Source: an uncultured Verrucomicrobiota bacterium | GTDB taxonomy: Bacteria; Verrucomicrobiota; Verrucomicrobiia; Limisphaerales; J093 | DNA length: 56,562 bases | Direction of reading: 5' to 3' | Assembly (NCBI GenBank): GCA_964396005.1 | Contig: CAYNCT010000004.1 | Span: 1 to 56,562, forward strand | Part shown: positions 45,396-55,280 of the stretch, in pieces | Numbering within the stretch: the stretch's first letter is position 1 | How the letters are laid out: every line of letters begins with the position of its first letter | Notes under the pieces: generated by a model | What the model was told of the DNA's origin: nothing | Database searches by the model: none | Seen by the model: the letters and a program-made list of their open reading frames with translations, nothing else | Translations under genes and position numbers: made by a program

Positions 45396-47183
45396 ATGCG
45401 CACCCGCTACCTCGCCGCCTTGCCGTTGCTGCTGGCCCTGGCCGACCCGTCCGCCCTGCGCGGGGCGGATGACTACTCCCTCAGCCCTGAATCCACCCAG
45501 CGCGGTCCCGACGTGCCGCGTGGCCGGGTTGAGGTCTTCCAGTTCAACGCCTCGCAGATCTTCCCGGACACCACCCGCGATGGCTGGGTATATATCCCCG
45601 CGCGATACCAACCCTCCCGCGCCGCCGCCCTCATGGTCTTCCAGGACGGCCATGCCTACGTGCGGGAAGACCGGGACATGCGCGTCCCGATCGTGTTCGA
45701 TAACCTCATCGCCCGCGGCGAAATGCCCGTCACGGTCGGCGTGTTCATTAATCCCGGCCATCGCGGCGACGGCGCCCCGGCGGCGGACGGTTGGGGCAAC
45801 CGCAACAACCGCAGCCTCGAGTACGATTCGTTGGGGGACGCCTACGCGCGCTTTCTGCTCGAAGAGCTGCTGCCGTGGGTCACCAACCGGTTCGGCCTGA
45901 ACCTGTCGGCCGACCCGCGACAGCGCGCCATCGGCGGCATGAGCAGCGGCGGCATCTGCGCCTGGACCGTCGCCTGGGAACGACCGGACCAGTTCGGCAA
46001 GGTGCTCAGTCACATCGGCAGTTTCGTTAACATCCGGGGCGGCCAAATCTACCCGGCCCTCATCCGTAAAACCGAGCGCAAGCCCATCCGCGTCTTCTTG
46101 CAGGACGGCAGCAATGATCTGAACAACCTCCACGGCAACTGGCCGCTGGCGAACCAGCAGATGGCCAGCGCGCTGGCGTTCGCCGGCTACGACTTCCGGT
46201 TTGTCTTCGGCGACGGCGCGCACAACGGGCGCCACGGCGGCGCCATTCTGCCCGACTCGCTACGCTGGCTTTGGCGGCCGGAACTCGCTTCCCTGCCCCC
46301 TCCGTTCACCCGCGACAACCTCGCGGGCGACGAAGCGCTCTCCAAAATCCTGCCCCCGGAGGGCGGCTGGGAATTGGTGGCGGAGGGCTACGCGTTTACC
46401 GACGCCGCTTGCGGGGACAGCGAGGGCAATTTCTATTTCGCCGACCTGCCCCGCGGCGTGATCCACCGGCAGGGCGTCGGTGAGCCAGCTCCCTCGCCCT
46501 GGCTGGAACGCGGGCTCCAGGTCAGCGGCCTGAAGTTTGGACCCGAGGGCCGCCTCTACGCTTGCGTGCAGGGCCAGGACACCAACTCCGGGAAGCGGCT
46601 GGTGGTAATTGATCCCGCCAGTAAAGCCGTCGCCACGGTGGCTACCGAGGTGACCCCCAACGACCTCGCGGTCGCTGCGACGGGGTGGCTCTATTTCACC
46701 GACACCGCCGCCGGCGCGGTCGTGCGCGTCCCCGGCTCGGCCCGAGGCATGTCCCGTCCGCCGCCCGTTGCCGCGGGGCTGCGCCAGCCCAATGGCATCG
46801 CCCTGAGCCCGGATCAGCGGCAACTCTGGGTCAGTGAATATGGCGGAACGAACGTCTGGAACTTCCTCGTGGCGGACGACGGTTCGCTCCGGGGCGGCGA
46901 GCGGTACGGGGAATTGCGGAAGCCGCTCAACATGCCGGATGCCGGCGGCGATGGAGCCACGACCGATGCCGCCGGCCGGCTCTATGTGACCTCGCACGCG
47001 GGAATCCAGGTGATTGACGTCACCGGCCGCCCCAGCGGCCTGATCCTGCCGCCGCCGTCCCGCCCCATCGTCAGTTGCGCCTTCGCCGGCCCCGGCCGCG
47101 CCTGGCTTTATGTGTGCGCCGGCGACAAAGTGTTCCGCCGACGCACGCTCGTCACCGGAGCCGGCGCGTCGCCGCGACCGTAA
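45396..47183 (+). CDS. Secreted Fes-like esterase fused to an SMP-30/gluconolactonase beta-propeller
   Basis: GMSSGG nucleophile elbow, LQDGSND, GDGAH; then [25 protein letters not shown]. Confidence 0.9.
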   Translation: MRTRYLAALPLLLALADPSALRGADDYSLSPESTQRGPDVPRGRVEVFQFNASQIFPDTTRDGWVYIPARYQPSRAAALMVFQDGHAYVREDRDMRVPIVFDNLIARGEMPVTVGVFINPGHRGDGAPAADGWGNRNNRSLEYDSLGDAYARFLLEELLPWVTNRFGLNLSADPRQRAIGGMSSGGICAWTVAWERPDQFGKVLSHIGSFVNIRGGQIYPALIRKTERKPIRVFLQDGSNDLNNLHGNWPLANQQMASALAFAGYDFRFVFGDGAHNGRHGGAILPDSLRWLWRPELASLPPPFTRDNLAGDEALSKILPPEGGWELVAEGYAFTDAACGDSEGNFYFADLPRGVIHRQGVGEPAPSPWLERGLQVSGLKFGPEGRLYACVQGQDTNSGKRLVVIDPASKAVATVATEVTPNDLAVAATGWLYFTDTAAGAVVRVPGSARGMSRPPPVAAGLRQPNGIALSPDQRQLWVSEYGGTNVWNFLVADDGSLRGGERYGELRKPLNMPDAGGDGATTDAAGRLYVTSHAGIQVIDVTGRPSGLILPPPSRPIVSCAFAGPGRAWLYVCAGDKVFRRRTLVTGAGASPRP

Positions 47184-47242
47184 CCGGTTGGGCGGGCGGG
47201 AATCGGTTTGCAGTCCCCCGCCCCTTTCGCGATAAGAGCCGC

Positions 47243-48769
47243 ATGTTCGCGAAGGTCAGTTCCGCCGCGGTCAACGGCATCGAGGCGTATCCCGTCGAGG
47301 TCGAGGTGAACGCCGGCTGGGGCGACACCGTGATCGTCATCGTCGGCCTCCCGGATACCGCGGTGAAGGAGTCCCGCGACCGCGTGAGCACGGCGCTGAC
47401 CAACTCGGGCTTCAAGTTCCCGATGGGGCGCACGACCATCAACCTCGCCCCGGCCGACGTGAAGAAAGAGGGACCCAGCTTCGACCTGCCCATCGCCCTC
47501 GGAATGCTCGCCGCCAGCGAACAAATCGAAACCGACCAGCTCGACAACTTTTTCATCGTGGGCGAACTGGCCCTGACCGGCGGCGTGCGCCCCGTCAAGG
47601 GCGTGCTGCCCATCGCGCTCCGCGCCCGGGCCGAAGGCAAGGTGGGCGTGCTGGTTCCCGCTGACAACGCCGCGGAAGCCGCGGTGGTGGACGGGCTGGC
47701 CGTGATTCCCATCCAGAACCTGCGCGAGGCGGCCGGCTTTCTCCAGGGCGAGCTCACCCTCGCGCCGACCCGCGTGGACATTGCCCGGATGTTCGAGCAG
47801 CCGCCGGAGGACGAACTCGACTTCGCCGACGTCAAAGGCCAGGAGTCCGTCAAGCGCGCCCTGGAAATCGCCGCCGCCGGCGGCCACAACGTCCTGCTCA
47901 TCGGCCCGCCGGGCACCGGCAAATCCATGCTCGCCCGCCGCCTGCCCACCATCCTGCCGCCGCTGACCCTGCACGAAGCGCTCGAGACCACCAAGATTCA
48001 CAGCATCGTCGGTTTGCTCGCGCCGGGGCAGGGCCTCGTTACCCGCCGCCCCTTCCGCGCGCCCCATCACACCGCCAGCGACGCCGGCCTCCTCGGCGGC
48101 AACATCAATCCCACGCCCGGCGAAATCTCGCTGGCCCACCACGGGGTGCTCTTTCTGGATGAACTACCCGAGTTCAAACGCAGCGTCCTCGAGACCATGC
48201 GTCAGCCGCTGGAGGAAGGCCGCGTCACCATTTCTCGCGCGGCCGGCACCATGACCTTCCCCAGCGAGTTCATGCTGGTAGCCGCCATGAATCCGACGCC
48301 CGACGGCAAGATGCCGGGCGAATCCCACTGCTCGCCGCGCGAGATTCAGAACTACCTCGGCCGCATTTCCGGGCCGCTGCTGGACCGCATTGACCTCCAC
48401 GTCGAAGTGCCCCAGGTGAAATTCCAGGACATCACCGGCGGGCGGCCGGGCGAGCCGTCCGCGGCGATCCGCGAGCGCGTGGTGGGGGCCCGGCAGCGGC
48501 AGCAGCGCCGCTTCGCCGACCGACCGCGCATCACCTGCAACGCGCGGATCGGCAGCCGCGAACTCAAGCAACACTGCGCTCTGGACGAAAGCACCATCGA
48601 GATGTTGAAGCTGGCGATGAACGAGTTAAAACTCAGCGCCCGCGCCTACGACCGAATCCTGAAGGTCAGCCGCACGATCGCCGACCTCGCCGGGGCCGAG
48701 GTCATCACCGCCGAACACGTGGGCGAGGCCGTCCAACTCCGCTCGCTCGATCGCCAGATTTGGGGATGA
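47243..48769 (+). CDS. comM: YifB/ComM Mg-chelatase-like AAA+ ATPase
   Basis: IVGLPDTAVKESRDRV, INLAPAD.KKEG..FDLPIA, GPPGTGKS, LFLDELPEF, ISGPLLDRID. Start ATG 47243. Confidence 0.93.
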   Translation: MFAKVSSAAVNGIEAYPVEVEVNAGWGDTVIVIVGLPDTAVKESRDRVSTALTNSGFKFPMGRTTINLAPADVKKEGPSFDLPIALGMLAASEQIETDQLDNFFIVGELALTGGVRPVKGVLPIALRARAEGKVGVLVPADNAAEAAVVDGLAVIPIQNLREAAGFLQGELTLAPTRVDIARMFEQPPEDELDFADVKGQESVKRALEIAAAGGHNVLLIGPPGTGKSMLARRLPTILPPLTLHEALETTKIHSIVGLLAPGQGLVTRRPFRAPHHTASDAGLLGGNINPTPGEISLAHHGVLFLDELPEFKRSVLETMRQPLEEGRVTISRAAGTMTFPSEFMLVAAMNPTPDGKMPGESHCSPREIQNYLGRISGPLLDRIDLHVEVPQVKFQDITGGRPGEPSAAIRERVVGARQRQQRRFADRPRITCNARIGSRELKQHCALDESTIEMLKLAMNELKLSARAYDRILKVSRTIADLAGAEVITAEHVGEAVQLRSLDRQIWG

Positions 48770-48817
48770 ACGACCGACGGAACGGCCACAGCGCGATCCA
48801 CAAACCGGCGCCAATCC

Positions 48818-49218
48818 GGTAGCGCCGGGCTGTGTCGCAGCCAAGTGCAGCCTTGGGTGGGGACGCGCTGCGTAACGGCAATATCCGGTAGGGCCGCGCT
48901 GCGTCGCGGCCGACTTGGGCGCCGGCGCAGCGGCGCCCTACCACCGGAACGCGGACTTCAGTCCGCTCGGTCTCTGATGCCTGGTGTTTGGTAGCGCCGC
49001 GTTGCATCGCGGCCGACTTGGGCGCCGGCGCAGCGGCGCCCTACCACCGGAACGCCGACTTGAGTCCGTTCAATCCCTGTTGCCTCGCGTTCGATTGCAC
49101 TCCGCGCTACACCGCGCGCTTCGGTAGCGCCGAGCGGCGTCGCGGCCGACCTGGGCGCCGGCGCAGCGGCGCCCTACCACCGGAACGCCGACTTCAGTCC
49201 GCTCAGTCTCTGATGCCT
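48818..49218. repeat. Tandem array of GTAG-tagged REP/BIME-like palindromic units (3 full plus 1 degenerate)
   Basis: Units start at 48887, 48990 and 49123 (degenerate at 48818): GGTAG-hairpin-GAC[TC]T-GGGCGCCG gcgcag CGGCGCCC-TACC-ACCGGAAC-GCGGAC ttca GTCCGC. A 37-nt stretch is identical at 48916, 49019 and 49152. Confidence 0.85.
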
Positions 49219-49266
49219 CACGTTCGGTTGCGCCGGCCGCCGACGAGCGCCGGTGACCGCCCCCGG

Positions 49267-50805
49267 TCAGCGAACCCGCCGGACGGTCAACCGCACGCTG
49301 CCGCGATTGTTGTCGTAGAAGTTCCAAGCATCGTTGGCGAAGCCATACAGGTAGCCGGGGCGCCGAATGGTGCGGGTCAGGCCGTTCTTGATGGGCAGGA
49401 TTTCACCGGGAAGTTCCCGGCCCTCGTCGTCCTCCCCGCCATTGGCCACCAGCCCCACCAACGCAAACCAGGGCAGTTCCTCAACCCGGCGGGTGCCGCG
49501 GAAGTCTGCCTGGGCGTTGGCGGTGAGTTTCTTAAACGCGCTTTCCACCCGGCCCCACAGGCTGCCGGCGAGGTGCGCGAGTTCGCCCGCGTGGAATTTG
49601 CCGTCCCGCGTGCCGCCGGGACCGCACTTGACGTCGCGGTCCATCCACTCGCCTACGGCGGTGAACTCGAACTCCTCATCGGCGCCGAGGTAAAGCCCGG
49701 TTTCGTTCCAGGGCTCGGCGGCGTAAATCGAGAACGCCCGTTGCTCGCCGGGGGCCAGCCGCAGCGAGACGTGATACGGCGCCTGGGTGATCGGCGGGTT
49801 CTCAAGGCGGCGCAGGACGGACTCGTGAAGCTGCCGGGGGCAATTGCTGGCGACCAGCTCCGGCCAGTTGCGCGGCTGCGCCCGCAGCGCCTGGTAGAGC
49901 CCGGTCCGCGAGTCGTGCAAGACGCCCTGGGGATCGGGTTTCACCTGCTGGCGCATCTGCGGGTGCAACCCAAGCTGCCGGGCTTCCGCCTGGTCCATCA
50001 TCCACGCGAGGGCGCCGTCGGACAGGCCCGTCTCGGGGTAACCGCCACCCACATCCGAATGCACCCCGGGAAACCACACCTGCTGAATGTCCGGACGGTT
50101 TTCGATCCCGGTCCACAAGGTGGGCGCGAAACTCAAGCGGCGCTCGTCCAGCGCCACCGCGTGGCAGCCGTACCGCACCCGGTCATTGAGCTTCGTGTCG
50201 TGAAAAGCGTAGCGCCGCGTGTCATCGAGCAGGTTCAAGATCGCCAGTTCATCGGGAATGCCCAGCGCGCCCACCGTGTCCCAGACACCGAGGAAATGCA
50301 CCGGAATCCGGAAGTCGCCGGGAGCAACTTCATGAAACTCCCACCCGCCGGCCCACGCGGAGCGGTCCTTCCGCTCGCGATAGCCTCGCTGGTACGCCCG
50401 CTCGACGCGCGTCCACACCTCGGGGTCGTCCAGTCCCGCCAGTTTGAGCAAACCACAGGTCCGGGACGCCAGCATGCCGGCGACGCTGCGGACAGTGTAG
50501 GCGCCGCGACTGAAGCCGAACAAATACACGCGATCCTCGGGCTCGTAGCGTTCCGCGAGCCACTTGTAGGCGCTCATGACGTTGCGGCTCAATCCGATGC
50601 CGGTCCCGCCTCCCGCCAGTTTGTCCCACCAGTTGCTGCCGGTGCCCACTCCCGGGTGGTAGTACTTTTCCTGCGGAACGCCGTCCGCGGCCTTGTCGGT
50701 CACGCAATTGAACAGCCGCACGACGTTCGTCGGCGAAGGCACGCCGTGTTCCGATTGATCCGGGGTGTTCCAGGTTCCGTCGCAGCAGACAACGAGGTTT
50801 TTCAT
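49267..50805 (-). CDS. DUF2235 (Tle1-like alpha/beta hydrolase) fused to a C-terminal LecA/PA-IL-like domain
   Basis: VVCCDGTWN, FGFSRGA (GxSxG), GVWDTVGALG, HAVALDERR, WFPGVHSDVGGG. C-terminal GPGG...FALVGLV...FANDAWNFYDNNRGSVRLTV. Confidence 0.88.
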   Translation of the reverse strand: MKNLVVCCDGTWNTPDQSEHGVPSPTNVVRLFNCVTDKAADGVPQEKYYHPGVGTGSNWWDKLAGGGTGIGLSRNVMSAYKWLAERYEPEDRVYLFGFSRGAYTVRSVAGMLASRTCGLLKLAGLDDPEVWTRVERAYQRGYRERKDRSAWAGGWEFHEVAPGDFRIPVHFLGVWDTVGALGIPDELAILNLLDDTRRYAFHDTKLNDRVRYGCHAVALDERRLSFAPTLWTGIENRPDIQQVWFPGVHSDVGGGYPETGLSDGALAWMMDQAEARQLGLHPQMRQQVKPDPQGVLHDSRTGLYQALRAQPRNWPELVASNCPRQLHESVLRRLENPPITQAPYHVSLRLAPGEQRAFSIYAAEPWNETGLYLGADEEFEFTAVGEWMDRDVKCGPGGTRDGKFHAGELAHLAGSLWGRVESAFKKLTANAQADFRGTRRVEELPWFALVGLVANGGEDDEGRELPGEILPIKNGLTRTIRRPGYLYGFANDAWNFYDNNRGSVRLTVRRVR

Positions 50806-50963
50806 GGTGGGGAAGGTGGCGGGTGAGTTGGGTTTGCCTTATGGGTTGCATTGGAAGGTGCCCCATCCCGCCCGCCGGCGCAACCTCCGCCGCGCATTCG
50901 CCCACCGGTGGCCCGCGGTGGCCAACCGCCCCCCGGCGTCGGGCCCGACCGTTGGCCCACTCC

Positions 50964-51003
50964 AAAAACAGAAAACGCCCCGTGGCCGAAACCGCGGGGC
51001 GTT
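50964..51003 (-). terminator. Rho-independent terminator of the ferredoxin gene
   Basis: Minus strand AACGCCCCGCGG-tttcgg-CCACGGGGCGTT-TTCTGTTTTT. Confidence 0.8.
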
Positions 51004-51021
51004 GCGGGAAAAGTCGCACGG

Positions 51022-51255
51022 CTAGGCGCCGTCATCGCCGATCGCTTCGACCGGGCAGCCCTCTTTGGCTTCCTTGCACTGGGCCTCCTCGTCGGCGTTT
51101 TCCGGCTGTTTGAAGACGTAGGAATAACCGCCGTCCTCGTTGCGTTTGAAATTGTTCGGCGCGGTCTCGCGGCACAAATCGCAGTCAATGCACTGGTTGT
51201 CCACGTAGTATTTTCCGGCGGCGTTCTCGGGGTATTTGTTTGCTAGGTCTGCCAT
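51022..51255 (-). CDS. Single-cluster [4Fe-4S] ferredoxin (77 aa)
   Basis: YYVDNQCIDCDLCRETAP...GCPVEAIG. Start ATG 51255. Confidence 0.95.
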   Translation of the reverse strand: MADLANKYPENAAGKYYVDNQCIDCDLCRETAPNNFKRNEDGGYSYVFKQPENADEEAQCKEAKEGCPVEAIGDDGA

Positions 51256-51513
51256 AAAAGTAGTGTCGTTGCTGGTGCCGAGCATGGGAATCCGGTCCTT
51301 GAATGCAAGTCCATTTGGTCCCTCCCGCCGCGCCGGGCCGTTGGCGGCTACACAGAGCAGCCGACCGCGCTGAACGCAGCCAGCCGTCGCGACGCCCGGG
51401 AGCCCCTGTGCGGCGACATGCCCCTTGATTTTCGCGAGGCGAGGGAAAACTCTTTCCACGGTCAAACTATTTCAAGCAGACCAAATCAACGGTCGAGGAA
51501 ACGCACCTGAATC

Positions 51514-54500
51514 ATGAAAACCCTGAAAACCCGTCTTGGTCTCATCGGGGGCGTCGTTGCGGTGGTGGCGACGCTTACCCTCGCACGCGCCGCCGAACGT
51601 TGGGAGCCGGTAGCCGGTGGCGTGCCCGGCTGGGTCTTGGACACACTGGCCGTCACCTTTGAGCACGCCGCGGATGGCACCCGGGCCCGGTTTTCCGTGA
51701 CCATCCCCAATCCGTGCCATCGGCTGACCTTCGGCGAGCCCCTGCGCGACGGCCGGCAGGTCATCGTGCCGTGCGGCCTGGAAGTCCTGTTAGGGCTGGC
51801 CTGTCCCCAGGTATTGTCCACGCAAACCGGCCAGCTCGATCTCGGACCGGTCGAGCCGGGTGCAGGCGAGCTGGTGATCCGCGCCGACGGCGGCGGCTTG
51901 GTCCGATTCCCGTTCGACGTGCCGGCGCGTGCCCCGGGCGCCACGCCCGAGGCGCTGCCGGTAATCTCGGCGGTGCTGGTCGAAGAGCGCGAGGTGATCG
52001 TCACCGTGGAAGCTCCGGCCGGGGTGAGGCGTGTGACGTTGGAGGGACGCTCCCGCCTCGGGGCCGGTGCGTGGGTGCCACGCGCCGTGGAACGGCTGCC
52101 GGGCAGTGGCGGTACGGTGACCTTCCGGATCGCGAAATCCGAGACGGTGGAAATGCTGCGGGTGCGGGGGGACGCCACCGAGGCTCTGCCATCCCGCCAC
52201 TACGAGGGCCGGTCGGAATTCCAAGGTGAGGCGATTGCCGGTACGGCGGCCAACCCGCCGGCGGACGCCTGGCGCAATTTCGATGGCATCGCCGCGCCGG
52301 AGGCTGGCGGTGGCGGAAGTCGCCCGGTGGTGGAGTCGGACATCTGGGTCGTGCGCGGCGACCGGCTGTATTTCTTCAACCAGTATCGTGGTCTGCAAGT
52401 GGTGGACTTAACGCAGCCGGATCGCCCGGTCCTCTCCGGGGCGCTGCAGATCCCCGCCGCCGGCGAGCAGATGTACCTGCTGGGCGACCAGCACGCGGTC
52501 CTGCTCGCCCGGGCCGGCTGCGATGGCAGCGCGGACCCCGGCAGCCAGGCGCTGATCGTGAACGTGGCGGGCGGGGCGCCGGTGATCGTGAAATCGCTGC
52601 CGGTACCGGGATACATTCAAGAAAGCCGGCTGGTGGGTTCGGCCCTTTACGTGGCGTCGCAGACCTACCGCGTCGTCCCACTGCCACCGGGAAGGCCGGG
52701 CCAACCGCCCGGGCAGCAGTGGGAATACGGCACCACGGTGACGGCATTCGACCTGAGCGATCCGACCGCGCCGGTGGCCAGGGATTCCCTGTGGTTTCCG
52801 GGCTACGGCAACGTCGTGGCCGCCACGGATCGCTTCCTGTTCATTGGCCTCCAGGTCCCGACCGACTGGTGGCAGAGCGAGGTGCGACTCCTTGACATCA
52901 GCTCTCCCGACGGCGTGATGAAACCCACCGCCACGGTCCGCCCCGCCGGGCGCGTGGACGACAAGTTCAAGCTCAACCTCGACGGCGACGTGTTCACCGT
53001 CATCTCGCACGTCTGGCGTTGGGAGGACCGCGACGAAACGGCCAGCGTGCTTGAGACGTTCTCCCTGGCCGATCCGGCTGCGCCGCGCAAGCTGGGGCAA
53101 ATCCGCGTCGGCGAGGGCGAAGCCCTCTTTGCCACCCGGTTCGACGGCGACCGCGCCTACATTGTGACCTTCGAGCGAATTGATCCGTTGTGGATCGTGG
53201 ACCTGCGCGACCCGACCCAGCCGCGGCTGCACGGCGAGCTCGAAGTGCCCGGCTGGTCCACGTACATCCAGCCTTTGGGCGATCGCTTGGTGACCGTCGG
53301 GGTCGGCGGCACCAACAACACTCAGGTCGAGGTGTCGCTCTTCGACGTGCGCGACCCGGCCAAGCCCGCGCTGTTGTCCAAGGTGCCGCTGGGCGAAAAC
53401 CACTCGTGGAGCGAGGCCAACTACGACGAAAAGGCGTTCACCGTGCTGCCCGAGGCCGGCCTGATTCTGGTACCCTACCAGGGCTACGCTCCCGGTGGCC
53501 ATACCTCGCGCGTCCAGTTGATTGACCTCGCGGAAGACACACTGCAGGCCCGGGGCGTGATCGAGCACGCCATGCAGGCGCGGCGGGCCACCCTGCGCGG
53601 CGACCGCATCCTCTCCTTGTCCGGCCGTGAACTGTTGACCGTCAACGCCGCAGACCGCGACCGCCCCCAGGTGACCAGCAACCTCGAGCTGGCGTGGCCG
53701 GTGGATGACGTGTTCGCCGTAGGCAATCATCTGGTCCTGATCGAGCGCGGCAGCGCCTGGTGGGGCGGAAACACGCCCGGCGCCCGGGTGGTCAGCGCGA
53801 CCGATCCCAATCGGCTCCTCGGCAAGCTGGCACTGCCGCTCGCGCTGCCGATCACCGCCAGCACCCGCATCGGCGATTTCCTTTACGTGGCGCAGTTCGA
53901 TCCGGCCGTCGCGGGCGTGGAAGCCGGGAAAGAAGGCGAGCCACCCCCGCCGCCGAACCTGTACCTCACCGTGATCGAGCTGGCGGCGCTGCCCGAGCTA
54001 CGGGTGGCCGGGACCACCGCGACGCGGGTCGAAGCCGCCGGCTGGCTGGGCAACCTCAAAGCCTTTGTGCCGCGTCCGGAACTATTGGTCCTGACCGGCG
54101 GGGCTTCGGGCTGGTGGCGCGGACCGTGGGGAGTGGACTTCCTGCCGGGCGGCCGTTGGCTGCCGTGGTGGTGGAGCGGCGCCGCCGGCGGACAGTTCTT
54201 CGCTTTCGATGTCACCGACCCGCGAGCGCCGCGCTTCGCTTCCTTCACCCAGTTGAGCACCGACAACACCGCCTGGGGCTTCGGCCCGACGTTCCTGGTG
54301 AACGGCTTGTTTTACCTCAGTCACCAGAGGTCCGAGTTTGTTCCGGACGCGCAGGCGCAGCCCCCCAGGGTGCCCGACCTGACGCGCGGCCGCTGGGTCA
54401 CCCGCCACTTCCTGAGCGTGGTGGATTTTGCCGACCCGGCCAATCCCACCCTCCGCCCGCCGGTCAACCTGCCCGGCCAACTGGCCGCCGTCACGCACGC

Positions 54501-54999
54501 CGGCGAGGTCCTTTACACCACCGGCTACCACTGGAACGAAAAAGGCGAGACCGACTGGACGCAATTCCTCGATGTCCTCGCCTACGATGGCGTCGAGGCC
54601 TCGCTGGTCACGTCGCAGCGCATAGGCGACGGCTGGACCGGCCAGCTCGCCACCGTCGCGGATCACCTGATCCTGGGACGCCACGACTCCGCGAAACCAT
54701 CCACGCGCCTTGAGACGTGGCGCCTCTCCGAGCAAGGCGTCCTGCTTCAGGTCGGATTAACGGAAACGCCCGGCTACCTCGCTCAACTGACCCGGCTCGA
54801 AGAACTCCTACTCGCCTCCGCCGGGTCGGCGGTGACGGTCTGGGACACCACCCAGCCAACCAACCTTCGCCAAGTGGGGCAAGGTACCGGCGACGGCTGC
54901 GTGTATCCAAGCTTGGACAACGGCCTCGCTCGCCAGGGCACCACGCTCTGGCTGCCGCAAGGCGACTACGGGGTCGTTGAATTGAAGCTGACGCCGTAA
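51514..54999 (+). CDS. Large secreted protein with beta-propeller domain (Beta_propel-like)
   Basis: Signal peptide; VVESDIWVVRGDRLY, GEALFATRFDGDRAYIVTFERIDPLWIVDL, GELEVPGWSTYIQP. Confidence 0.88.
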   Translation: MKTLKTRLGLIGGVVAVVATLTLARAAERWEPVAGGVPGWVLDTLAVTFEHAADGTRARFSVTIPNPCHRLTFGEPLRDGRQVIVPCGLEVLLGLACPQVLSTQTGQLDLGPVEPGAGELVIRADGGGLVRFPFDVPARAPGATPEALPVISAVLVEEREVIVTVEAPAGVRRVTLEGRSRLGAGAWVPRAVERLPGSGGTVTFRIAKSETVEMLRVRGDATEALPSRHYEGRSEFQGEAIAGTAANPPADAWRNFDGIAAPEAGGGGSRPVVESDIWVVRGDRLYFFNQYRGLQVVDLTQPDRPVLSGALQIPAAGEQMYLLGDQHAVLLARAGCDGSADPGSQALIVNVAGGAPVIVKSLPVPGYIQESRLVGSALYVASQTYRVVPLPPGRPGQPPGQQWEYGTTVTAFDLSDPTAPVARDSLWFPGYGNVVAATDRFLFIGLQVPTDWWQSEVRLLDISSPDGVMKPTATVRPAGRVDDKFKLNLDGDVFTVISHVWRWEDRDETASVLETFSLADPAAPRKLGQIRVGEGEALFATRFDGDRAYIVTFERIDPLWIVDLRDPTQPRLHGELEVPGWSTYIQPLGDRLVTVGVGGTNNTQVEVSLFDVRDPAKPALLSKVPLGENHSWSEANYDEKAFTVLPEAGLILVPYQGYAPGGHTSRVQLIDLAEDTLQARGVIEHAMQARRATLRGDRILSLSGRELLTVNAADRDRPQVTSNLELAWPVDDVFAVGNHLVLIERGSAWWGGNTPGARVVSATDPNRLLGKLALPLALPITASTRIGDFLYVAQFDPAVAGVEAGKEGEPPPPPNLYLTVIELAALPELRVAGTTATRVEAAGWLGNLKAFVPRPELLVLTGGASGWWRGPWGVDFLPGGRWLPWWWSGAAGGQFFAFDVTDPRAPRFASFTQLSTDNTAWGFGPTFLVNGLFYLSHQRSEFVPDAQAQPPRVPDLTRGRWVTRHFLSVVDFADPANPTLRPPVNLPGQLAAVTHAGEVLYTTGYHWNEKGETDWTQFLDVLAYDGVEASLVTSQRIGDGWTGQLATVADHLILGRHDSAKPSTRLETWRLSEQGVLLQVGLTETPGYLAQLTRLEELLLASAGSAVTVWDTTQPTNLRQVGQGTGDGCVYPSLDNGLARQGTTLWLPQGDYGVVELKLTP

Positions 55000-55046
55000 A
55001 ACACCGACGGCAGCTCGGAAACAGGACAACCGCTGCGAATTTCCGC

Positions 55047-55229
55047 GCGGAGGGTTGGCCCGGCAGCCGGCCCTCCGCCTGCGGGCCGTTCAACGCGAAC
55101 CCGAAAACCAGAGAACCCGCTCTTGGCGTGGGCGGATACGCCGGTGCAGCCAGCCTTTACGACTGGCGTGGATCCCCAAGTGCGGCGTCGCTTTCGACGG
55201 GCGGTGTTTTCCGCGAGGCGCGGAAAACA
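55047..55229. repeat. Cluster of hairpins in a convergent intergenic gap
   Basis: GCGGAGGG...CCCTCCGC (55047-55078), GCCAG-N9-CTGGC, and TGTTTTCCGCG-agg-CGCGGAAAACA (55205-55229, perfect 11 bp, possible bidirectional terminator). Confidence 0.55.
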
Positions 55230-55280
55230 GGCGCCTCGGGGCGGGCGCGCTGCCTGCTCAACCACGCGAGTCGAGCTTGG

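Noticed and set aside
48916-49188. 37-nt identical repeats read as a CRISPR array
   Set aside because: The intervening sequences are homologous to each other and palindromic, spacing is 103 and 133 nt, and there are no cas genes. REP/BIME fits better.
49267-50805. Complete T6SS effector-immunity locus
   Set aside because: No vgrG, PAAR, adaptor or immunity gene is adjacent; the neighbours are a ferredoxin and comM.
2896-50826. Long antisense ORFs (e.g. 2896-4734, 15613-17169, 37516-39090, 42089-43414, 48988-50826)
   Set aside because: Each mirrors a well-supported gene on the opposite strand. This is expected from stop-codon scarcity at high GC, and none has recognisable motifs.
55090-55230. 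Possible c-di-GMP-I riboswitch (GGAAAAC...GAAA...GACGC on the minus strand)
   Set aside because: Consensus GGCAAAC and GCAAAGC segments are not matched, and the region is 3' of genes on both strands.
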